The position numbers were made by a program, and so were the translations under genes. The notes beneath the pieces are model-generated. The model had not been told where the DNA came from and made no database searches. It saw only the letters and a program-made list of their open reading frames with translations. 64,000 nt of DNA from Macrostomum lignano. Taxonomy: Eukaryota. Below, piece after piece: positions 49,047 to 60,112 of this stretch (position 1 is the stretch's first letter; each line of letters opens with the position of its first letter). The stretch lies in NCBI GenBank assembly GCA_002269645.1, contig NIVC01001915.1:1-64000 (forward strand). The letters run 5' to 3'.

Positions 49047-50900
49047 TCAGATTTTCTGCTGGTCAGCCTTTTTAGACTGATGATTTTTATCGAAAGCATT
49101 CGGCTTGGCTGTTTGGTGATGCTTTTCGGGAGTCTGCTGCTTTGCTGCTTGATGGTGCTGCTTTTGGGGAGTTTTTTGCTTTGCTGCTTGATGGTGCTGC
49201 TTTTCTGGAGTCTGCTGCTTTGCTGCTTGATGGTGCTGCTTTTCAGGAGTCTGCTGCTTTGCTGCTTGATGGTGCTGCTTTTCTGGAGTCTGCTGCTTTG
49301 CTGCTGGCTCGTGCTCTTTCTTGCCTTGACGATGCCTCGGCGAAGGCTGATCCCTGTGCTTCGCGGCGTCTCTGTCTGACTTTTGCTGACTCTGATGTCC
49401 GTGCTGCTTTTGATGCTTCTGCCCTGGATTGGCCTGCTTCTTCTTGTGCTTGTGGGACGGGCTTGACGAGTCAGTGGACCCAGCTTTCACGCCTTTGGTC
49501 GGGCTTGACGGGATGCTGTCGCTGGTTTTGTTGGACTTGATCTCTGCGTCCTTAGCGGCTCTGTGCGCCTTGCCATCCGCTGGGTGCCGCGCTACCGCGG
49601 CCTTGAATGCCATCACCCGGGAGCTCATCTTGCCTCTCGCGGCGTTAGCGGGCTGAAAATGGCAGTACAAAGGCCGTCGTGAGACAGCGCGTGTTTTAGT
49701 TTCTGGATCGATATGTAGATGCTTAAAGTTCAAGTACGACTTACAACGCTTCATTCACAGAACTCTACGAGATTATATCAAAAGAAGTCGATGACGCACT
49801 GTCACGACTTGTCGCTGGACTGACTTTAAAGAACAAAAAAGCAAAAGCCTTTTCACCTGCTTGCTGGCTGTCTTTGGCCGAAAGTTCATCAGACCGTCGC
49901 GAACCCGGCTAAACACTTCGGACACGGTGCCTGTACCGTCCACCTGAAGGTGCGATGAAATTTATGAGGGCCGTTCCAACACCAAAGACCAACCCCCAAA
50001 GCACGGAGAGTGTAAGATTCGCGTTAAATTCTTTCACATTACTTAATAATAACAATAGTAATAATAACAATAATAATAATTGATTACACCTGCCCAATTT
50101 GGGCCAGATGTGCAACCGACAGCTCAGCCGCAGCTATTGCGCGGCGCATCTGAAGGCTGCGTACGGCTGTTCCGTCCAAGGACTAGGGACTGGGGGTCGC
50201 CACACACCCTCAATTACCCCAGCTAATGCTGGCACCCATTTTACAGCTGGGTGAACTGAAGCAATGCAGAGTTAAGTGTCTTGCTTAGGGACACAAATTG
50301 TTTCAGTGAGAACGGGAATCGAACCCCCAACCTTCAAGTGGTGAGTCCGACGCTCTAACCACTAGGCTACAACCCCCAAGTACCTGTTGGTAGGCACAGA
50401 GTCGAGGAGTATTGAATGCAGCAAGCCTGAAGAACTCACCCGAACCAGCTTGCCCTGCCTCTCGAAGTACTTCACCACCGACAGGGTCTTCTCTCTGAAA
50501 GTCTTGATCTTTTTCTGAATAACTTCCTCTTGATCGGTCCGCCTGCCGCGCCGCATCAGCCGCTGCCACATGACATCTTCGGGCACGTCGAGGAACACGA
50601 CCACCCGGCAGGGCACCAGCATCATCTCGAAGGCCATGGCCTGCTCCCGGTCCTTCGGGCAGCCGTTGATGAGGAAGCCGGGGCTGTCTAGCAGGCGGGC
50701 TCGCATCGCGTTGCCTAGCAACCGGAGGACATCGGCCACGGGCACCAGGTCGTTATTGAGCATAGTCCTCCGGAGCCGGTAGGCCGAGCCCGCGCCCAGG
50801 GCGATCTCGGTGCGAAGCAGTTCGCCGGTGGACAGGTGCGTCAGGCCGTAGGTGGACACCAGCCTCTCGCACTGGGTGGCCTTGCCGCTGCCCGGGCCTC
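49047..50900 (-). CDS. Adenylate kinase-like paralog B (degenerate motifs) with a probable basic repetitive tail; exons 50900-50440, 49943-~49857, 49652-49047; first exon not located
   Basis: G|GPGSGKATQC, HLSTGELLR, GFLINGCPK; next exon VDGTGTVSEVF; phase-0 join to a K/H/Q-rich ORF with 13-aa repeats. Confidence 0.75.
50043..50377 (-). mobile_element. CORE-SINE (tRNA head + CORE domain + (TTA)n tail) in an AK-B intron
   Basis: TAGCCTAGTGG A-box, GGTTCGATTCCC B-box, then GTGTCCCTAAGCAAGACACTTAAC...CACCCAGCTGTAAAATGGGT (CORE-like). Confidence 0.8.
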
Positions 50901-50924
50901 CTGGACGCCAGTCAGGGAATTGGT

Positions 50925-51435
50925 ACATGGGAAATTGCTCAGTGGGGAATAGCTTAATGGGGAATTTCTGAATGGGGAATTGGTCAATGGGGAATTGTTC
51001 AACGGGGAATTGCTCAGTGGGGAATTGCTCAGTGGGGAATTGCTTAATGGGGAATTTCTCAATGGGGAATTTCTGAGTGGGGAATTTCTCAGTGGGGAAT
51101 TGCTTAATGGGGAATTGCTTAATGGGGAATTTCTCAACGGGGCATTGCTCAACGGGGAATTGCTCAACGGGGAATTGCTCAGTGGGGAATTGCTTAATGG
51201 GGAATTGCTTAATGGGGAATTTCTGAGTGGGGTATTTCTCAGTGGGGAATTGATTGATGGGGAATTGCTCAACGGGGAATTGCTCAGTGGGGAATTGCTC
51301 AGTGGGTAATTGCTTAATGGGGAATTTCTCAGTGGGGTATTTCTCAGTGGGGTATTTCTCAGTGGGGAATTGCTTAATGGGGAATTTATCAACGAGGAAT
51401 TTCTCAGTGGGGAATTGCTCAGTGGGGAATTGCTA
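50925..51435. repeat. 15-bp minisatellite (GGGGAATTGCTCAGT variants)
   Basis: Read directly. Confidence 0.92.
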
Positions 51436-51779
51436 TTAAACATCAATGATTAATTCTCACCCATTATGAAAATCACTCTGGCAGATTTAAGGTCACCGTC
51501 TGAAAAAAATTGATTTAGTACATTAGTTTCTTTTGCTTCGTCACTTCAAAAAAGTTCAAACAAATTCATCACTCACTTTCCGCCATAGCAACTGAGCTTT
51601 GAGCAACGTTGGCTCGCTAGCCAACGCAAGCAGGCGAAAAAAGATTGGCTGGAGCTTGACGTGGCCACACCTGAAATCAATGCGATGCGATGTCACGGCC
51701 AGCTCTGCAAACCTGACACTTTGGGAACTTCTTAACCTAAAATTTTAACACTAAACCTGAACCCAAAGCTTCAACTCTA

Positions 51780-52925
51780 AATCTTTAACCCTAAACCTTT
51801 AACCTTAAGCCTTTAACCCGGAACCTTTAAACTTTAACCCAAAGCTTAACACCTAAATCTGAACCCTAAACCTGAACCCTAAACCTGAACCCTAAACCTG
51901 AACCCTAAACCTGAACCCTAAACCTGAACCCTAAACCTGAACCCTAAACCTAAACCCTAAACCTGAACTCTAAACCTGAACTCTAAACCTGAACTCTAAA
52001 CCTAAACCCTAAACCTGAACCCTAAACCTGAACCCTAAACCTGAACCCTAACTTCCTAAACCTGAACCCTAAACCTAAGCCCTAAACCTGAACTCTAAAC
52101 CTGAACCCTAAACCTAAACCCTAAACCTGAACCCTAAACCTGAACCCTAAACCTAAACCCTAAACCTGAACTCTAAACCTGAACTCTAAACCTGAACTCT
52201 AAACCTAAACCCTAAACCTGAACCCTAAACCTGAACCCTAAACCTGAACCCTAACTTCCTAAACCTGAACTCTAAACCTGAACCCTAAACCTGAACCCTA
52301 AACCTGAACCCTAACTTCCAAAACCTGAACCCTAAACCTGAACCCTAACTTCCTAAACCTGAACCCTAAACCTGAACCCTAAACCTGAACCCTAACTTCC
52401 TAAACCTGAACCCTAAACCTGAACCCTAAACCTGAACCCTAACTTCCTAAACCTGAACCATAAACCTGAACTCTAAACCTGAACCCTAAACCTGAACCCT
52501 AACTTCCTAAACCTGAACCCTAACTTCCTAAACCTGAACCCTAAACCTGAACCCTAAACCTGAACCCTAAACCTGAACCCTAAACCTGAACCCTAAACCT
52601 GAACCCTAAACCTAAACCCTAAACCTGAACTCTAAAACCTGAACACTAAATCTTGTCCCTAAACTGAACCCCAAAACCTGGCTCTTAAACCTGGTCCCTA
52701 TTATCCCTAAACCTGAACTCTAAACCCGGTCGCTAAAATATGAAAATCCCTGAACATCCCTAAACTTGAACTCTAAACCTGAACCATAAGCCTGTTCCCT
52801 AAACCTGAACCCTAAACCTGAACCTTAAACCTGAACCCTAAACCTGAACCCTAAACCTGGTCCCTAAACCTGAACCCTAAACCTGGTCCCTAAACCTGAA
52901 CCCTAAACCTGAACCCTAAACCTGC
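51780..52925. repeat. Telomere-like 13-bp array (TAAACCTGAACCC)
   Basis: C-rich on the plus strand; composed of CCCTAAA and CCTGAA variants. Confidence 0.9.
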
Positions 52926-53528
52926 ACCCTCAACAAGGTGCAAAACCAAGAACTTCTGAACATCGAAGGCAGGCAAAAATCGTTTTCAGATACCGCAATG
53001 CCAGCGACTTGTGCACTCACCGCGGGCCGCAGGGCCAGACGCTTCAGGTCATGACACCCTCTGATGACCTTTTCTGTTTGAAGGACTGCGAACCGACAGA
53101 ATTCCCGCAGTTTGAGCACAGCTGCTAACGATAATAGTCTGGTGTTTATTTATTCAACAGACATTTAAGGTTTTTTGGGCTGATTGGGACATAGACAAAA
53201 GGACTTTGCTGAATTAAAACAATACTTCTTTTAATAGACTTCTCAGTCAGTAATTCTAGCAGACAAAAAGACAAAACCTACATGGACCATGATTTATACT
53301 ACTTACAAAGTAAGTAGTGTTAAATCGGACTCCTCAAACACTTAACCCCTGATGCAAAAACTCACAAGTTTTAAAGTCATCAAAGCACAGATTGTCAGTA
53401 TAAACTGAAAATTATCGAGTATTTAAGTCGAGTTTATTTTTCTGGTTGGTTCAACAAGCTGTCACATTTGGCTTCATAAGTCAACTCGAGCCCAAAGTAG
53501 AACTCAACTTTTGGACTTGTTTGTTCCA

Positions 53529-56500
53529 CTATTTCAAATTCTTAACAGGCTTGAAGCCCAGTTTCTGCAGGCTCTTCTGCACCAGCTGGAACACCTCGTC
53601 AACTGAGCCGGAGGCATCGATCTGGAACGGGTGAGCACAGGTGACCTCAAGGTAGAGTTTAAGCACCGTGCTGGAGTTCCAGTGAAGTACTTTTCATGCA
53701 GAACCCCACACCCCAATCAGAATCCCACACCACAATCAGAATCCCACACCCCAATCAGAATCCCACACCCCAATAAGAATCCCACACCTCAACCAATCAG
53801 AATCCCACACCCCAATAAGAATCCCACACCTCAATCAGAATCCCACACCCCAATCAGAATCCCACACCCCAATCAGAATCCCACACCCCAATCAGAATCC
53901 CACACCACAATCAGAATCCCACACCACAATCAGAATCCCACACCCCAATCAGAATCCCACACTCCAATCAGAATCTCACACCACAATCAGAATTCCACAC
54001 TCCAATCAGAATCCCACACCACAATCAGAATCCCACACCCCAATCAGAATCCCACACCACAATCAGAATCCCACACCCCAATCAGAATCCCACACCCCAA
54101 TCTGAATCCCACACTCCAATCAGAATCCCACACCCCAATCTGAATCCCACACCCAATCAGAATCCCACACCCCAATCAGAATCCCACACCTCAACCAATC
54201 AGAATCCAAGACTCCAATCAGAATTCCACACCACAATCAGAATCCTACACCCCAATAAGAATCCCACACCACAATCAGAATCCCACACCACAATCAGAAT
54301 CCCACACCACAATCAGAATCCCACACTCCAATCAGAATCCCACACCCCAATCAGAATCCCACACCACAATCAGAATCCCACACCCCAATCAGAATCCCAC
54401 ACCCCAATAAGAATCCCACACCTCAACCAATCAGAATCCCACACCCCAATAAGAATCCCACACCTCAATCAGAATCCCACACCCCAATCAGAATCCCACA
54501 CCCCAATCAGAATCCCACACCCCAATCAGAATCCCACACCACAATCAGAATCCCACACCACAATCAGAATCCCACACCCCAATCAGAATCCCACACTCCA
54601 ATCAGAATCTCACACCACAATCAGAATTCCACACTCCAATCAGAATCCCACACCACAATCAGAATCCCACACCCCAATCAGAATCCCACACCACAATCAG
54701 AATCCCACACCCCAATCAGAATCCCACACCCCAATCTGAATCCCACACTCCAATCAGAATCCCACACCCCAATCTGAATCCCACACCCAATCAGAATCCC
54801 ACACCCCAATCAGAATCCCACACCTCAACCAATCAGAATCCAAGACTCCAATCAGAATTCCACACCACAATCAGAATCCTACACCCCAATAAGAATCCCA
54901 CACCACAATCAGAATCCCACACCACAATCAGAATCCCACACCACAATCAGAATCCCACACTCCAATCAGAATCCCACACCCCAATCAGAATCCCACACCC
55001 CAATCAGAATCCTACACCTCAACCAATCAGAATCCCACACCACAATCAGAATCCCACACCCCAATCAGAATCCAACACTCCAATCAGAATTCCACACCAC
55101 AATCAGAATCCTACACCCCAATAAGAATCCCACACCACAATCAGAATCCCACACCCCAATCAGAATCCCACACCACAATCAGAATCCCACACCACAATCA
55201 GAATCCCACACTCCAATCAGAATCCCACACTCCAATCAGAATCCCACACCCCAATCAGAATCCTACACCTCAACCAATCAGAATCCAACACTCCAATCAG
55301 AATCCCACACCTCAATCAGAAATCCACACCACAATCAGAATCCTACACCCCAATCAGAATCCCACACCACAATCAGAATCCCACACCCCAATCAGAATCC
55401 CACACCACAATCAGAATCCCACACCACAATCAGAATCCCACACCACAATCAGAATCCCACACTCCAATCAGAATCCCACACCACAATCAGAATCCCACAC
55501 CCCAATCAGAATCCCACACCCCAATCAGAATCCCACACCCTAATCAGAATCCCACACCTCAACCAATCAGAATCCCACACTCCAATCAGAATCCCACACC
55601 CCAATCAGAATCCCACACCCCAATCAGAATCCCACACCCCAATCAGAATCCCACACCCAATCAGAATCCCACACCCCAATCAGAATCTCACACCCCAATC
55701 AGAATCCCACACCTCAACTAATCAGAATCCCACACCCTAATCAGAATCCCACACTCCAATCAGAATCCCACACCCAATCAGAATCCCACACCCCAATCAG
55801 AATCTCACACCCCAATCAGAATCCCACACCTCAACTAATCAGAATCCCACACCCTAATCAGAATCCCACACCTCAACTAATCAGAATCCCACACCACAAT
55901 CAGAATCCCACACCCCAATCAGAATTCCACACTCCAATCAGAATCCCACACCCCAATCAGAATCCCACACACCAATCAGAATCCCACACCTCAACCAATC
56001 AGAATCCCACACCTCAACCAATCAGAATCCCACACCACAATCAGAATCTCACACCCCAATCAGAATCCCACACCACAATCAGAATCCCACACCCCAATCA
56101 GAATCCCACACCCCAATTATTTTCGCACCTTGACAACTTTCCCCTGCTTCTCGTAGTGCTCCACCACGGGCCTGGTGAGCTTCTGGAAGGTCTGGAAGCG
56201 CTTCACAATGGTGGCCTCGTTGTCGTCCACCCTGCCGCTGGTTTCGCCGCGCTTCAGTAGCCGCAGCTTCATGGCGGCCTCGTCCAGGTTGAAGAACAGG
56301 ACGGACCGGCAGGGCGCCAGGTCGGCCTCGAACCGCACCGCCTGGTCGAGCTCGCGCGGGTAGCCGTCAACGAGGAAGCCGGGGCTGCCGGGGGCGCCGC
56401 CAGCATCGCCGAGCGCAGCAGGTCGAGCACCACTTCGAGGGGCACGAGTTCACCCCGCTCCATCGCTGCTCGAAGCATCTTGTCCCGTTCGGTGGCGCCA

Positions 56501-57665
56501 GCTGTGGCCGCCGCGCGGAGCAGATCGCCGGTTGACAGGTGAGTCAGGCCGTACGTGGCCGTGATCTTCTCGCACTGGGTGCCCTTGCCGCTGCCCGGTC
56601 CGCCTGGAGTTCATGAGCCTCATTTACCTGAGCCCTAGCTGTTTGTAGCCTAACTGCCTGTAGCTTAACTGCCTGTAGCCTAACTGCCTGTAGCCTAACT
56701 GCCTGTAGCCTAACTGCCTGTAGCCTAACTGCCTGTAGCCTAACTGCCTGTAGCCTAACTGCCTGTAGCCTAACTGCCTGTAGCCTAACTGCCTGTAGCC
56801 TAACTGCCTGTAGCCTAACTGCCTGTAGCCTAACTGCCTGTAGCCTAACTGCCTGTAGCCTAACTGCATGTAGCCTAACTGCATGTAGCCTAACTGCCTG
56901 TAGCCTAACTGCCTGTAGCCTAACTGCCTGTAGCCTAACTGCCTGTAGCCTAACTGCCTGTAGCCTAACTGCCTGTAGCCTAACTGCCTGTAGCCTAACT
57001 GCCTGTAGCCTAACTGCCTGTAGCCTAACTGCCTGTAGCCTAACTGCCTGTAGCCTAACTGCCTGTAGCCTAACTGCCTGTAGCTTAACTGCCTGTAGCC
57101 TAACTGCCTGTAGCCTAACTGCCTGTAGCCTAACTGCCTGTAGCCTAACTGCCTGTAGCCTAACTGCCTGTAGCCTAACTGCCTGTAGCCTAACTGCCTG
57201 TAGCCTAACTGCCTGTAGCCTAACTGCCTGTAGCCTAACTGCCTGTAGCCTAACTGCCTGTAGCCTAACTGCCTGTAGCCTAACTGCCTGTAGCCTAACT
57301 GCCTGTAGCCTAACTGCCTGTAGCCTAACTGCCTGTAGCCTAACTGCCTGTAGCCTAACTGCCTGTAGCCTAACTGCCTGTAGCCTAACTGCCTGTAGCC
57401 TAACTGCCTGTAGCCTAACTGCCTGTAGCCTAACTGCCTGTAGCCTAACTGCCTGTAGCCTAACTGCCTGTAGCCTAACTGCCTGTAGCCTAACTGCCTG
57501 TAGCCTAACTGCCTGTAGCCTAACTGCCTGTAGCTCTAGTCTGACATCATGCATATTGGACTCACTACCTCGCATGCATTGGTAGCACAACTCACCCAAC
57601 ACAAAGAGGACGTTGGCATTCTTCAGCTTGTTGGGCTCTGCAATGGCAAGTTTCATTAGTGACAT
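53529..57665 (-). CDS. Adenylate kinase (AK1/UMP-CMP kinase-like) paralog A; exons 57665-57596, 56603-56129, 53621-53529; one 1-bp C loss at ~56392
   Basis: VLFVLG|[44 protein letters not shown], |[11 protein letters not shown]; canonical GT-AG introns in phases 1 and 0. Confidence 0.9.
53700..56116. repeat. ~20-bp minisatellite (CCCCAATCAGAATCCCACAC), 2.4 kb, in AK-A intron 2
   Basis: Read directly; contains larger duplicated blocks. Confidence 0.95.
56640..57535. repeat. 15-bp minisatellite (GCCTGTAGCCTAACT) in AK-A intron 1
   Basis: Read directly. Confidence 0.96.
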
Positions 57666-58069
57666 GAAACTCAGTAAAACATGTATTAAACAGATTTGTA
57701 ACTTGGCTGTTACCTGCTGCCATTCAATGGTTTCTTAGACTTTTTTAAGCCTGAAATGACCGCAACGCTACTGACCGAAGCATATAAAATTATGGCCTCC
57801 GACGATATTATGAACTGCGTGCAAAAAGCAGCTAACGATGTTTATCCAGTCGATGCGGGCGACATTCGGACTCAAAATAATTTTGCACAGTTTCAGTCAT
57901 AGACAAAGAAGTTCCAAATTTAATCGTTTGGAAACTACTCTTGCCGCTTGCATATCGCAGCTTATACTGGAATAGAATCGTATTTTTTTGCCCTGATGGT
58001 CTGCTTTAAAATTAGCAGTTGTCTGGTTAGACTTGGATCTCCTAGTGCTTGCTGTTTGATCATTTGGTT

Positions 58070-59035
58070 ATTTGCTCGGTCATTTTTCTCGGTCATTTGC
58101 TCGGTCATTTGCTCGGTCATTTGCTCGGTTATTTGCTCGGTCATTTGCTCGGTCATTTGCTCGGTTATTTGCTCGGTCATTTGCTCGGTCATTTGCTCGG
58201 TCATTTGCTCGGTTATTTGCTCGGTCATTTGCTCGGTCATTTTTCTCGGTCATTTGCTCGGTCATTTTTCTCGGTTATTTGCTCGGTCATTTTTCTCGGT
58301 TATTTGCTCGGTCATTTGCTCGGTCATTTTTCTCGGTTATTTGCTCGGTCATTTTTCTCGGTTATTTGCTCGGTCATTTGCTCGGTCATTTTTCTCGGTT
58401 ATTTGCTCGGTCATTTGCTCGGTCATTTGCTCGGTTATTTGCTCGGTCATTTGCTCGGTCATTTTTCTCGGTTATTTGCTCGGTCATTTTTCTCGGTTAT
58501 TTGCTCGGTCATTTGCTCGGTGATTTTTCTCGGTTATTTGCTCGGTCATTTGCTCGGTCATTTGCTCGGTTATTTGCTCGGTCATTTGCTCGGTTATTTG
58601 CTCGGTCATTTGCTCGGTCATTTGCTCGGTTATTTGCTCGGTCATTTGCTCGGTCATTTTTCTCGGTTATTTGCTCGGTCATTTGCTCGGTCATTTGCTC
58701 GGTTATTTGCTCGGTCATTTTTCTCGGTCATTTGCTCGGTCATTTGCTCGGTCATTTTTCTCGGTTATTTGCTCGGTCATTTGCTCGGTCATTTTTCTCG
58801 GTTATTTGCTCGGTCATTTGCTCGGTCATTTGCTCGGTTATTTGCTCGGTCATTTGCTCGGTTATTTGCTCGGTCATTTGCTCGGTCATTTGCTCGGTTA
58901 TTTGCTCGGTCATTTTTCTCGGTCATTTGCTCGGTCATTTGCTCGGTCATTTGCTCGGTCATTTGCTCGGTTATTTGCTCGTTCATTTGCTCAAGTTATT
59001 TGTTCGGTCATTTGTTCGGCCATTTGTTCGGTCAT
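58070..59035. repeat. 12/14-bp minisatellite (TTTGCTCGGT(C/T)A / TTTTTCTCGGT(C/T)A)
   Basis: Read directly. Confidence 0.93.
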
Positions 59036-59629
59036 TTGATCAACGGAACAACTCTGAACAACATCTTGGACTGGCCGCGACGTAGAGCTACAAGAGGCTG
59101 CACAACACGCGCGGAGACCGACAGAGTGATTGTCTGACTGCCGCACAAAACTTGTTTAGTCACGGTGAATGCATTTCTAATTCAAACTTACTACTGAACT
59201 GAAAGTAGCTTATACGCAAATGTGCTGACTGGTCCATTTAGTTATTCTATTGCAATACGAGCGTAGTATCTCTGTGGCTAGGTCAAAGCCCCACCCAACT
59301 CCTTCCCATGAAAGTCAATGTACACACACGATCGATATTCATCTGCACACACTCTCCCCCTAAATGTACATATACAGACTCTAAATGTACACTGAATTGC
59401 CCCCAGGCATCAACCCCACGCCTCAATCCATACGTTTAAATAAGAACGACGGGACTTCAAGCAGCCAAAACTGAGGCAGGTCTGCTGAACTGATCGCTTT
59501 TTTTACAAGCTCGAAACTTCACGATTTTTGTGAAACGAAATAAACAACCGATAAGCAATGTCAGGGTAACTCAATTAGACTTGCCTATGGAATATGCAAC
59601 CAAGTAAAGCGGAACAATTGACTGTCGGC

Positions 59630-59920
59630 GATTTAGGTTAGGGTTTAGGCTAGGGTTTAGGTTAGGGTTTAGGTAGGTTTTAGGTAGGGTTTAGGCTAGG
59701 GTTTAGGTAGGATTAGGGTTAGGGTTTAGGTTACGGTTTAGGTAGGGTTCGGGTTAGGGTTTAGGTTAGGGGTTTTGGTAGAGATTAGGTGAGAGTTTAG
59801 ATTGGGGTTCAGGAATTAACGATAGAATTTAGAGTTGGCTTCAGGCATTGAAGTTTAGGATAGGGTTTAAGTTAGGTTAGGATTAGGGTTTAGGTTAGCG
59901 TTTAGGTTAGGGTATTAGGT
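59630..59920. repeat. Degenerate TTAGG/TTAGGG/TTTAGG telomere-like tract
   Basis: G-rich on the plus strand. Confidence 0.8.
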
Positions 59921-60112
59921 CCGGCACTGGCAGTCAATTCGATGCAGTCAATTGTTGACAGTGAATTGTCGTAGACCCAATTAAGACCACGCAATTATTA
60001 CGAGCTACATGTATAATCGTGAAGATTATAAATAAAAAAAACTAATTAAACGACTGCCTTTATTCCAGAAGGCTAAAAGCGCTTGACATGGAGAAGCTGG
60101 TTCGATAGTCCA

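Noticed and set aside
53055-53110. Hammerhead ribozyme (CTGATGA followed by a short stem)
   Set aside because: No correctly spaced GAAA and no closing stems I and III.
51560-53120. Possible first exons of AK paralog B (near 53119-53021 and 51670-51565)
   Set aside because: Splice-like signals exist, but I could not build a phase-consistent join to the exon starting at 50900.
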